DNA of 64,000 bases from Antedon mediterranea (taxonomy: Eukaryota > Animalia > Echinodermata): assembly GCF_964355755.1 (NCBI RefSeq), contig NC_092677.1, forward strand, positions 9,942,101 through 10,006,100. The letters are read 5' to 3'. Both the position numbers and the translations under genes were made by a program. The notes under the pieces were generated by a model. The model did no database searches and had not been told where the DNA came from. It saw nothing but the letters and a program-made list of their open reading frames with translations. This document shows positions 24,901 through 36,200 of the stretch, in pieces; the stretch's first letter is position 1, and every line of letters begins with the position of its first letter.

Positions 24901-25628
24901 CTGTAATTTTAGGATATGGTCTGAAATGAGTAAAACCTGTTATTAGTTTATTATTAGCCTAGGTCTAGCTAAAATATAGACTATTATCCTATCTAGGCCT
25001 ACCTAGTAGGCTTATAGTAAGCCTAGATATGAAATAATTATTAAAATTAGTAATAAATAAATAGACACAGCAGGCTAGGCTAGGCAGGCTGGCGTAAATA
25101 TAGCATAAAACCATTCATATAAAAACATGTAATTTTTTAGATGTTTTTATATGAATGGTTTTATGCTATATTTGTTTTTATTGGGTTTTCTTTGTTATTA
25201 TGACGAGCAATGAATTTCCTTTTTGAGGATCAATAAAAGTTTTATGCTATATTTGTTTTTATTGGGTTTTCTTTGTTATTATGACGAGCAATGAATTTCC
25301 TTTTTGAGGATCAATAAAAGTTATCTTATCTTATCTTATCTTATTTGTATCTGCCAAACATTATTAATAATAATATAAATGATGAATGAAAAATCACTTG
25401 TTTAAATATGTTTATTACACAAGAACTATTTAAATATATTTACAATTTTTCCCATGGTTTAAAAGACACTGTGTTTTGTGAATGCGCCAGATCATTTTCC
25501 ATACGCCAGGCTGGCTGAAGACGAAACTTATCCCTAACACGAAGCAGATATGCGCCTGCCAAACACGTTAGCAGCACTACAAAATCACGCAGGCTGAATC
25601 TCCGAAGACGATTTCCAAGGGCCTCCAT
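5576..25628 (-). CDS. FG-GAP repeat-containing (beta-propeller) protein, homolog of Arabidopsis At3g51050/NERD1; 14 exons found (550 codons), 3' end not located in the window
   Basis: Exons in transcript order: 25628-25444, 24920-24877, 24343-24126, 23180-23068, 22557-22450, 21693-21630, 21489-21373, 20633-20529, 20057-19952, 19544-19432, 19108-18994, 18645-18508, 9066-8984, 5716-5576. All are GT-AG bounded with matching phases and no stops. Peptides RDFVVLLTCLAGAYLL, LPYPKITDIESDGKNEIIVAT, KQVVVVVLADTTVLCFDSKLRLLW, DGGLVVVG, PHRW, PNVIVTQSNEGI, YVDFNQDGNLD (FG-GAP-like), YDAVFLLSNGKMTSY and FNWQ occur in the same order as in the At3g51050 family as I recall it. Further exons may exist in the 9.4 kb intron or left of the window. 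Confidence 0.85.
6311..6352 (-). ncRNA. Minimal type I hammerhead ribozyme (PLE-associated)
   Basis: Minus strand reads GCA-CTGATGA-AGGGC-TAGTGTT-GCTC-GAAA-GCTC-TGC: CUGANGA and GAAA cores, stem II, palindromic AGCU stem III and a CUC cleavage triplet. Confidence 0.75.
6554..7054. mobile_element. MITE with ~43-bp imperfect TIRs inserted in the Penelope remnant
   Basis: GAGGTTTCGCAATCTTACGAATACGATAACGAAAACGGATACGT ... ACGTATCCGTTTTCGTTTTTGTATTCGTAAGGTTGCGAAACCTC. Confidence 0.85.
9325..9511. repeat. Perfect 11-bp tandem repeat (GCATATCTATG) x17
   Basis: Read directly from the sequence. Confidence 0.97.
9770..11720. repeat. CA-rich complex minisatellite (~40-bp unit CACACACTACCATACGCTAACACACATCACCATCATATTACAC with higher-order variants)
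   Basis: Read directly; strongly G-poor on the + strand. Confidence 0.95.
12520..12953 (-). mobile_element. Chimeric SINE: 5S rRNA-derived head, tRNA-derived segment, CORE-like segment and Deu/Nin-like domain
   Basis: Minus strand: 12953-12835 is 5S-like (AACGGCCATAC...GATCACCGAAGTTAAGCAACGTTGGGCC...GGATGGGAGACCG...GGTGCTGTA). Then TGGTGTAATGG...GGTTCGAG, then CCTTAGGCAAGATGCTTTACTCTCATTGCCTC, then CTTCGGATGGGATGTAAAGCC...GCACGTTAAAGAAC...TTCGAAAAGAGTAGGGG. An A-rich tail follows. Confidence 0.8.
14447..14490 (-). ncRNA. Mirror copy of the hammerhead ribozyme in the inverted arm
   Basis: Reverse complement of 16324-16367. Confidence 0.8.
15365..16314 (+). CDS. Partial Penelope polyprotein: RT thumb/linker plus GIY-YIG endonuclease (no start codon; mirrored on the minus strand at 14500-15364)
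   Basis: ORF-track 15319..16314(+) and 14500..15315(-) give identical peptides over the shared region. Confidence 0.85.
16324..16367 (+). ncRNA. Minimal hammerhead ribozyme in the Penelope pLTR
   Basis: GCAA-CTGAAGA-AGTCAAGCTGACAGCTAGAC-GAAA-CTGTC-TTGC: stem I GCAA/TTGC, CUGANGA, stem II, GAAA and GUC triplet (cleavage predicted after 16363). Confidence 0.8.
17611..17770. mobile_element. Tourist/PIF-Harbinger-like MITE family A (TIR AGCTCTGTCTACACTATCAAAC); other copies at 22199-22323, ~48608-48752, ~51467-51551 and ~59240-59351
   Basis: TIRs, TAA/TAA TSD at this copy, and multiple dispersed copies. Confidence 0.85.
20850..21347. repeat. (GTT/GGT)-rich degenerate tandem repeat in an intron
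   Basis: Low-complexity sequence; source of the spurious poly-N/T and poly-Q/H ORFs. Confidence 0.9.
21779..22120 (+). mobile_element. tRNA-derived SINE with Deu/Nin-like domain; second copy at ~62409-62720
   Basis: GTGGCCGAGCGGTTAAG (A box), GGTTCGAG (B box), then GATAAGGACTATAAACCGTAGGTCC...TTAAAGAACC...GAGTAGGGG; clear similarity between the two copies. Confidence 0.8.
23730..24030 (+). mobile_element. 3' fragment of an L2-clade LINE
   Basis: Translates as LFVPPSRLKTYGDQAFAVAAPKLRNNLP (L2 ORF2 C-terminal motif), followed by an AGCGCT...AAGCGCTATATAAAT tail. Confidence 0.75.
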
Positions 25629-26409
25629 TTAATTAGATAAATAATATTATATAAATAATTGAACTTGACATATTAAAAACACAATTATAAAGAACAACAG
25701 TCTGGTAAAACAACAGTTTGGTAAAATAATGTATTTAGGCTCATCATGTGCAACGAATTGTAAATAAAACACGATTTCTTCGAAAGTTGATGGAAGCTGC
25801 CATTTTAAACTTTCTAGCGTCTGGATCTCAACGACTATTTTTACAACCCTGGGGATCGAGGTATATTCAGAGCGTCATTTCGACGATCGAGCATTCTCTA
25901 CTTCTACGGAGCGCCATTTATGCCTTTATTTACTTCCGAAATAGAAATAGTACTACGGTAACTGGTTCAGTGGACCAAATTTAGCACCAGTGGAGCACAG
26001 TGATATAAAATAGAAATAAGTCACTAATTTTAATATCTTTTCGTGTGTTAATACACTGTGCTCAAGTGGACCCAATTTGGAGCCAGGGGAGCACAGTGAT
26101 ATAAAATAGAAATAAGTCACTGAATTTTAATATCTTTTCGTATTAAGCATATTTGAATACCTACCATACCTACCATACATTTTCGACAATACAGTGTGAC
26201 ATATCTCTATTTAAAAAAAAAAAACAAAATTAAAAAAAAAAAAAATATCCGTCGAGGTTCGAACCCCAGCCGATAGTACTCAAAACTGAGCATTACCCGT
26301 TACGCCACCAAGTACATGACTGAAAAGCTGATAATAGTCTATTTATACGTGTATTACGTAATTGATCATTACGTGATAAATATCCTATCAACCTTGCTAA
26401 AACCAAAAT

Positions 26410-26670
26410 GATCAGTTAGCTCAGTCGTCTGAGCGTCGTGTTAACAACACGTATGTCGTGGGTTCGATGCCCATGCTGGTCGGTGGAATAGAGTTAAGGC
26501 TATGCGAGCCACTGTGTTTGGGGTTCACAGATCATACGTCCCCCTTTCCACCACACATCATGAGGCGACAACATCAATGCATCTGGTGATGTGGTGGAAA
26601 CGACCCCAAAAGGCTGTGGCAGGGCCTTAGTGCTGAGGCAGGGAGAGCACATTTACCATCTTTTTTTTTT
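26410..26670 (+). mobile_element. tRNA-derived SINE-like sequence; a divergently oriented tRNA-like segment lies at ~26245-26310 (-)
   Basis: TAGCTCAGTCG...GGTTCGATGCCC A/B boxes and a T-tract at 26661; no clean cloverleaf. Confidence 0.5.
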
Positions 26671-27675
26671 TGGCTCTCGCAAACTGCTTTGGCGGTTTAA
26701 ATTTTATGTTTAGCGCCCTCAATTTATTTTAATGTTAAAAAAAGGTAATTAATTCTCTTCGTTACGTGTTTTGAAGAGAATTAATTTTATCTCATCGTAG
26801 TTTGGTATGCCATGCGTTTGTTATGCAAATGAGTGTGCACATGTGCTGTGGGAAAGATGGTATTGTTAGTCATTCGCGATCAACACACAACACTGTTCAA
26901 TTTTTATTTTGTTAATCTTTTACATTATAATTATAATTCTACCGTTACACATTATAGTGTATTTTTAAATATCCGTTTAATGCAAGATATTGTATATTGT
27001 AGGCCTACTGATATTATGTTGTGAATAAAAGTTTATGGTAGAATAAATAAATAAATATGTTTTAAGCAGATCTTCGAAATTGAAGCCTAATTATGAAGTC
27101 GAGTTTTTTAAAACCCAACCTAAAATTCGCATCTGGATAGTTGAAATTTAACATTATAATTATGAAAGGTGATAATTGTAATTGTTTTCTAAATTATAGA
27201 AATATTAAAATTAGTAAGTAGGCTTTTGTGTGCTAGCTCTGTTTGTATTTCATAATTTTGTTTTGTTGAATTACCGTCACGGCCACGTGCATTGCATGTC
27301 TCACACTTGGGAAACAATCACCATTGTATGGCTGGTCCTGAAGACTTATATATTTCGTTTCATAATTTCCGGGGAAAAAGCTTCCATTCTTAGCTCTGCC
27401 CCAACCTTGGTGAGCTTAACTGGAGACTTAATATTTAATTTCATATTTCAATAAATATTTTTTCAAAATTGTCTTTGCTTAGCCCCAATCACGGTGGGGT
27501 AGTGAAGACTCTTATACATCATGTTTCAAAATACTATAGGTGTCATTTCTGGGACCTTGTAGTTGTTTTAAACAAAGAAATTGCATTTTATTTGTCAGGA
27601 ATTTGTATGATTTATTTCTTTTTATTTTGAAATGCGCCTTGAGCACTCTGGAGTGGTATGTGCGCTATAAAAATC

Positions 27676-27742
<67 letters not shown>

Positions 27743-28552
27743 ACAGTTTGGTATGCCGTGCGTTGTTATGCAAATGAGTTTGTGCAGGTGTAATGGGGAA
27801 GATGGCATTGTTAGTCATTCGCGGTGAACACGCCACAAAATTAAATTTAAAAGTTGGGTTCACTTGAGCACATTAACATACGATCTGATTTCCCAAACAC
27901 TACATCAATAGTCAATGTGTGGGAGGATTATAGTGTTATAGAGGAGTATGGATGTGTGTTTATTAATGAAATGACCGAGCACGTGATAAGATGGAGATGG
28001 ACAAGCCCATTTGGTTTATTTACATGAAAAGAAAAAGATAAATTTGAATCAATGTGAATGCCAAGATGTTTCTGTTTGTCAGTTTGTGATATGGGTATAT
28101 ACGAAACGATATTAAAAGTAGTGACTTTTATTTCTATTTTATATCACTGTGCTACCCTGGTGCTAAATTGGGTCTACTTGAGCAGTTACCGTAGTAGGCC
28201 TACTATTTCTATTGTTGAAGTTAATAAAGGCATAAATGGCGCTCCGTAGAGAATGCTCCAGTCATCAGAATGACGCTCTGAATATACCTCGGATATTGGG
28301 AGGGATATTGTGGTAGAACCTGGAGTATGGCATGGAGATAGCGTCCTGCAGTATATAACAGTATATATAAAGCAATTTTCGTACTGGTTATGGGTTAAAT
28401 TCAATCATTTAGTGACATAATAGTACAAACTACGACTACCCTGGATAAACAGACCTTTGACCCTTTCGTCACGGTTGTTAGAGCACGCCAAACTAAACAG
28501 GTTAACGCAGCTTAAATACCAAATAATTAGCACAAAACCCAACCCAGTCATT

Positions 28553-31500
28553 ATGAATGTTGCTGGTAAAGTAGCTTTAATATCTGGTGCCGCAGAGGGT
28601 CTAGGAAAGGCATTCACAATAAAATTATTGAAAAAACAAGCTAAGGTTCGCTATTATTTTCTTATACAGTATTTATATTTTTTCCAGATACAGTATTACA
28701 TAAGCATAGTCATATCCAGGTACAACTATGACACGCCAAGATGACCATAAAATATGTTGCATATTGATGACTGGCGTGTATAGAGACCTGCCGATATTTA
28801 TAATGTACAGTAATATTTTAACACATTTTATTTCAATATTTTAAGGCGGTAGGAATTTTAGATATTCAACAAGAAATGGGAGAAGTGACTAAAAAACAGC
28901 TGAACAGCGAATACGGAGAGGATAAAGTGCATTTTATAAAATGTGACGTCACAGACAAGGTTCAATTAGAAGGTAATTAAACGTAACCGTAATATTGCAC
29001 ATAATGGGTGATGCATCATTGCCGCTTTATCTTTCCTAGCCTCCTCTTTCCATTTTGTCATGTCATTCAATCAGATCGTTCGTGCCTATGACCTAGCTTC
29101 AGTGGGCGTGGGGAGGGGTGAGCGTTCTTCCCTAGCTGGGCTTAGATCATGGGGGTATAAACCTCCATGCTTAGATGTTCCAAATGTCATGTATTTATTT
29201 ATTTTTTTATATTCCCGTTTTTAATTTGTTTTGTAGAAGCTTTCGGTAACGTCAAGGACCGATTCGGACAAATTGATTTGGTGTGTAACAATGCTGGAAT
29301 TGCTAATGAGTCAAAATGGGAGAAAATGCTCGAAATTAATCTGGTATGAACAGCTGACGTTTATTAACTCAATATCACCATTTATAGGCTTTAAAAGCGT
29401 GCACGGTTCCTATTTTAAAGCAACGCAACGGCGAGGTGCAACGCGAGTAATAACGACACGATTTATCTGAATTTGCCTTGCGCAAAGGGACGCTAAAGCG
29501 TGGTTCCCACTAGAACGCAACGCAACATAACGCAGCAAAGTATCGACGCAAGGTGCTGTATTACGTAATCACAAGTGGGAACCGACGACGCCACAATGCT
29601 GCAAAGTCGCAGGTTTGATTTCACGCAGGCGGGGAATGGCATTTTCTTACGTTGCATAGGTTGCATTACGTTGCATTGCTAGTGGGAACCACGCTTTACG
29701 TACACGACGCAACGCAAAGTAATCTGACCAATCACAAGCAAACGGGGCTTTACTGCATTTTTGTTCTTAAGTTGTACAATTACGGTGCATGCACTTTCAA
29801 AATTTGCTTTCTGTTTTCAGACAGCCGTTATGCGTGGGAGTTTGCTAGCACAGAAATATATGGATCAAGAAAATGGCGGATCCGGAGGCGTTCTTGTAAA
29901 TGTAGCATCGATGGCTGGTAAGTATTTCGTGAAACTGATTTTTACATATTTTGACTGCATAATTTGTAAATTTCTGTACGCCTGTTTTACCGGAGTTTGT
30001 GTCTTACGTTTTGTCTGAAATTGAATCCTTTATTTAGTAAGTCTGCTTGCTTTCTCGTTAATGTGCGGGAAAATACGGACTCGGAGACGTTTACATTGAT
30101 TAGCTATATTTGTAAACGACCACATATAAGAACGACAACTTCTCAGCATTTATTTGCGGTAACCGTTTATATAGAATTTAAAAAATAACGACCAAGTTAG
30201 GCTATATAACAACCCCCTTTTCCATGCATTATTGTAGACCATTTTCTCATTTTAGGAATAGAACCAGTGCCGTTCTCGCCCGCTTATGCGGCAAGCAAAC
30301 ATGGAGTTATAGGATTGAGTAGATCGTTAGCGGTTTGTATTTTTTATAATTGTGCCATTTTAGAACCCTGTGTACAGTTCACCATAGACTTGCCCCAAGT
30401 CTGTATTCATTGTCTTTTTTTTTTCGATTTTTGTCTGAAAATAAAACTAAAGTAGTATACGTATTAAACGCCATATGTGCCAAAATATTTATCTTTTTAC
30501 TAATATTAAAACAAAACTCCGACTGGAAGCGAGACTAAGTTCACCATAACAAAATGCATTTATTTTACGTTAATGGTTGCACAATTTTCAAGCACACAGC
30601 ATGCAGCATGGACATTATTATGTGGGGTTGTTGGCATTTAACTATTGTGCAATTGAATAAAATGTCTCCTTTACTACAGTCAAATAACTGGGATAAACAA
30701 GCAATTGTCCCCACGTCGTCAAGCTTGGTTCCCATTGGATGCAACGCAGTAACTCAACGTAAATGATTGATCAATCACAATCAATGAAATATTCAAACTT
30801 TCGCTTGTCATTGGTCAACTCGCTTGCGTTGGTCTCCAGTGGGATCCGAACTGAGCTTTAGAGGAGATTGCTCTACATGAAAAGAGTCTGGGAAAAGAAT
30901 CACATCAAAAATATAACAACCCAGCCCATTATATTCTAACTATCGTTTCTTTTTTTCTTGTTAGACTAACCCTTTGTTTGTGTCCAATGGTATTCGTGTG
31001 AACGCACTCTGTCCAGCCTTTGCTCGAACTGCTATTCTGTATGGTAATGAACCGTACGGTTTTACAAAGGAACACCTAGCCTCAATTATGAAAAAGTTTA
31101 AAATATTACCGTAAGTTGGCGTCGTAAAGGTATAATATAATGCGTGATCATTAAGCTTGGTTCCTACTAGGACGTAAAGCAAGGACGTAAACGCAACGCA
31201 AGCGTGTTAACCAATGACAAGCGACAGTTTAAATAATCCATCGCTTCGCGATTGGTCAATTCACTTAAGTTGCGTTACGTCCTTGTGTTGCGTCTCTAGT
31301 GGGAACCAAGCATTATATTAAAAAAAAACAATTAGGTAAACACTGGAAAAAAATTATACCGGTATTGATATTTTAGGTCTTTTGCTTTGCGTCGTCTGAC
31401 CTTTGTACCCACTTGGACTCAACACGACGACGTAGACACGACCCAAGTGAGTTGACCAATCACAAACGCCAGTTTGGATGATCCATATCGCGTCATGATT

Positions 31501-31777
31501 AGTCAAAATACTTGCGGCGCACTTAAGTCCTTGTGTTGTGTCCTAGGCCGGGGAACCAACTTTTAGAGAGGAGGAACCAAGTAGGCATACAGACCACTAA
31601 TATTCACGTTTGTTGCTTTTGCTCGATTTTGAAATACTCTTGTTTTTATTTTTTAGGGTATCTATTGTGGCAGAGGCATTTATGAAATTGGTTGAAGAAG
31701 ACCGAAATGGCCATGTCATGCGCGTAACAGGTTCTAAGGGTATTGACCTCCAAACTTATAAGACAGCGCCACTATAA
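28553..31777 (+). CDS. HPGD: 15-hydroxyprostaglandin dehydrogenase-like SDR, copy 1 (most divergent copy; 255 aa)
   Basis: Exons 28553-28645, 28846-28972, 29237-29343, 29821-29917, 30256-30332, 30965-31110, 31657-31777. Motifs: SGAAEGLG, NAD-type Asp in GILDIQ, CDVT, NNAG, GGVLVNVASMAG, YAASKHG, IRVNALCP. Exon sizes 93/127/107/97/77 match vertebrate HPGD exon structure as recalled (93/124/107/97/77). Confidence 0.92.
29497..29695. mobile_element. Harbinger-like MITE family B (TIR AGCGTGGTTCCCACTAG); copies or relatives at 40794-40972, 42021-42223, ~31154-31311, ~30722-30856 and ~50998-51130
   Basis: TIRs, TWA flanks and multiple copies; this copy is nested in an older relative. Confidence 0.85.
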
Positions 31778-33240
31778 ACTCTATTTTTGTATACTGTAAG
31801 CCTATATAAAATGAGAATTTTAAAAAAACCGTGTACATAAATTCCTTGATGGCATTCATGCAATGCCGTGTTATTTTGTATAACGTTAGGCCCTACTAGG
31901 CCTACATATGGCCCAACGCCGTCCCATATTGAGATTAACATTTTCTAGGCCTATTGCTGTTATAACGTAAACATTATATAATATGTCAATGCGACCAAAT
32001 TTTACCCGATTCCCTGTGCTGTCACGAGAAATCGGTCCGATTTTGGACGTAGGCCTAATCAACGGCCAAAATCGGAACGGTCATATTATTATTTATTACT
32101 GTTTATTTACTTTACGCATAGTTTACTTCAACCATTTTAGACTTTTTACATGCTTCTTATGACATTTTTAAGAATAAAAAAAAAAACATTTTAAAGGCCG
32201 GACCAGTTTTGGCGGCTGTTTCAACGCCAAAATAGATCCGGCCGGATCACATTTCGCGTTACATATCAACATTTTGTAGGAACTCCGATATTATTAAGCG
32301 AATCTCATGGTACGTATATCACTTGCGGTGCCTGTATTATCATGTAAGGTTTATATGGTAGGCCTACAACAGGCGAATAGGCCTACGTAAACAGTACCGA
32401 GAACGTGGTCGCTTTTTGTCTTACCCCAGTTTAATATAATGTGTTGCTTGTTTTTAAGCGCCATTCCGATCGTTATAAAATGTGGCATATACATTGGCTA
32501 CATTATTTTCGTTCCAACGATTGCCGCAAAAGAATTCAACGGGGTAATAACCGAGCTGTACTATATTTTGTACAAATCTTTAAGGATATATTTCCCCCCA
32601 AAAACATGAAAATGAAGACTAATTATATCAGACTTTGAATGTTATTTTGTAGTTTTAATAAAAAAGTTAATCACTTCCATAGAAAAAAAATCATATAAAA
32701 ATCCATTGGCTGGCAGCCAATTTGACAATATTTTGCTTTAGGCCTAAATTACACATTTTTCAGGTAAATACATTTTTTTTCGATCAATTTTAGGTCAAAG
32801 TGGATAACTATTACGTTACATAAAAATGGAATATTTAAAAAAAAGTTTTTTTCAGGAGGACAATACATCTTTAAACTGAAGGTGTATATGGGCACATTTG
32901 TCTCTTACCCGAGGCTATATAGCTGGGGCTACATCATTAGACCTTTAGGGGTGACTTAAAGTGAATACCATTGGTAATCATCAGGTAATTATTAGGCCTA
33001 CTGGCAAAATAATCGTAAGATCATAAAGAAAGAGTGAATTGCAGCTATATATTTGCTATCTGCAAATAGGCTTAACAAGCAACAAAAACAACTAGAGCTA
33101 TAAAATCATAGTTCATCATAATATATTATGTAGAAATATTAACTCTTGATAAAACGGGTCAATAAAAACTGAAATATATCACAGCAGGATTGTTAAGCTA
33201 TTTCATAAAACAGGTGTAGTCCATACGTAAGGCATTTGCT

Positions 33241-36200
33241 ATGGATGTCTCAGGTAAAGTAGCATTGGTTACCGGAGGAGCAGACGGACTCGGAAAGGCG
33301 TTTATCGAAGAATTATTGAAGAAGAATATTAAGGTTTGTTAATATTTACTGTTTAGTTAAGTCCGTATTATGTTGACAAAGCCATTTAAACTGCACACCA
33401 TCATGCAAATAATCTGGGTCAGCTTGGATGAACAATAAAGCTCGAGTCCCACGATCGGGTTTTTTCTTCAGTCTTCCAAAGGGACACTGGATTGATGGAA
33501 AGTGCCTGTTTCCAGTCACCTTTAGGGTCAAATATATTATTTTAACTGCTCCCTTGTGTATAAAAGAGAGAAAATAGTGACTTAGTGCATGTCCTATTAT
33601 TAACGAAACTGGCACCCGTTTTTTACACCAATAGCCAATCAGATGGGCAGGAATTTGGCTTGGTAGGGATCAACATCTGAATATTGTAGCAGAGAGATAT
33701 AATATAGTTCACTATATATCTTTTGATTATAGATAGGCCTACCTGAAATAACTTTAGTTAGGAGTTGAATGGAATACAAAGATTATAAAGTGTTATTAAA
33801 AGTCATAATATATTATATATTTATATATAATTATAGATAAAAGTATTATATTTTTCTATGTCTACTACTTCCAGTTCCTTTATTAAATCAGGGAGTTAAC
33901 AACTCCCTGATTAAATCATGGTATGCTCCATGGGATTTTCGCCGCTGTATCCATGTTTTCACCCACACACTGCGTTTCTTTTGCAATCGTTTTTTCTTCT
34001 GCTTGCGTTTATTTAGTTCTCTTACCATATACAAAATGATCAAAACTTTCGAAAGTAACACTAAATCCATTTTGATTTGTATTAAGAATATACAATATCA
34101 CAATTGAATTCTAAATGATAAATGAATAGCAAAGCAGAGAGCAGAGAAAGTATTTACACAATGGTTGACAAGGTCAATCCTTGAATACCTACAATATACA
34201 AAGATTGTCGCTAAATTGCAAGCTTATGACATTCTATTCAAAAAGTAGGTCATTAGTGACCAAGTGACGAAATGACTGTGGGATTGCAACACTCCGGGTG
34301 TCACGAAACCTAAGACCACGAAAGCTAAGACCCCCTAAGACCTAAGATCACGAAAGCTAAGACTCAAGACCTAAGATTACAAATTCTAAGATATACTACA
34401 GCTTAAAAACAATACTTGTTTATCCATACATAATTTTAAACACAGTAGGTTTCATTTATTACCATAAATATAATTAAATACTACCGCAAAACATAAATAA
34501 ACTCGCATTATTTTCGCCCGTTGAGTAAATGTATATTTTTTTCTTTACAACAAACAAACTTGACGGGTTGTTTGTTGGTATATATTTACTCCATTGTGTT
34601 GGTTCAGAGGATGTTTTTCTTACGCACCTGCCTTGTATTTTGACTCCAAATTTGTTGACTAACTTTATCCTGAATACCACACTTTAAAATTAGGATTTAT
34701 AAGTACTTTCAGACGGAGAAACACATAAAAACAAATAAATAAATCCTTTAAATTGATGATTTTACAGACATGTTTCTTTGTATACTGTAACTCCTCGAGC
34801 TCCCCCCCCCCCCCCCATTCTCAATGTTTTTGTTTCTATGGAGCGCCAAAAGAGCAACAATAATAGTACAAGTATAAAAACAGAAAGAAAACGAAACAAA
34901 TCATGATTTTTAAATTAAAATTTATTTGCCAGTATTTATTTCTTCGTACTTGCATGATTATACTATTATCATTACAATTTTAATTTTACATTGTTCGATC
35001 CACACTGTATAATTTTTGCTCTTTTGACGTTCCATAGAAACAAAAACATTGAACATGGTAGGCCTACAACTGCTACTGTACTGTAGGCTAGTCATGCGAA
35101 ATTCGCAAACAGTTTGTGTGCGAGAAAAACGTCTGTAAAATCATCAATTTAAAAATGTATTTGTTACTTTTTATGTGATTCTTTGTCATAAAAGTGCCAA
35201 TTCTAAGGTGTGGTATTCAGAATAAATGTTGGGAGTTAAAATACAGGGCAGGTGCGAAAGATAAATATTTGTAATCTTAGGTCTTGGGTCTTAGCTTTCG
35301 TGATCTTAGGTCTTAGGGGTCTTAGCTTTTGTGGTCTTAGGTTTCGTGACACCCCTCTTCTCCTGACGTCCTATCAATCAATATAAGTCCCTTTGGAAGA
35401 CGGAAGAAAAAACCCGATCGTGGGACTCGAGCTTAATTCTAACGGTGAACTATGGACGTTTTATTTTGTAAATATTATAGTATAGGCCATATAATATTGG
35501 CCTACTACACCGATGTCCTGTACATTCTGATGTCAAGAATCGTCTACAGTAGGCATTGACACATTTTCACTTTAAAATGGACCACAATGGAAATAAGTTT
35601 GCCGTCTCGGTACTTTTTTGTGTATTTATCCTATTGATTTTATATCAGAATAAAGAAATAAAATAAAATAAAAAATGTTATGTTACTTATTAGGCTGTAG
35701 GATTCTTAGATATCCAACAAGCAAAGGGTGAAGCAACGTTAAAACAACTGTCGGATTTGTACGGTAAAGACAAGGTCCATTTTATTCAGTGTGACGTCAC
35801 GGACAAAACACGATTGGAAGGTGAGCATGGTGTACAGTAGCCTACGGTCTGAAGTGTCAACCACCTAATATGACCTGAATCGATATAATATAGCATCATA
35901 TACAGGGATAACTTATGTGTGTAAATTATTACAGGTATTTTCCCCATTGATGGCTTCAATCGACACTTTTAAATCGGTGTCATTCACAAAAAAGTAGACA
36001 AGGCCGCGATTTGTTTTCGTACACACAAGTGCGGGACCCCTTATGTGAAAGATAGCCGAACTACTTCCATAAATATAACTAAACCCAACCAGGGAGTTGT
36101 AAAATAATTTAATAATTTTACAACTCCCTGACCCAACCCTCTAAATAATCTCTCTCACTATAAAGTAAAAAGAAGTTGCTCATGGGATTCGAACCCCATA

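Noticed and set aside
26245-26485. Genuine tRNA genes (also tRNA-like at ~1192-1260, ~36175-36250 and ~47840-47880)
   Set aside because: A/B-box-like motifs are present but acceptor and anticodon stems do not pair cleanly; treated as SINE or MITE-derived.
31760-31777. Peroxisomal PTS1 signal at HPGD-like C-termini (APL in copy 1, STL in copy 6)
   Set aside because: Neither matches the canonical [SAC][KRH]L motif.
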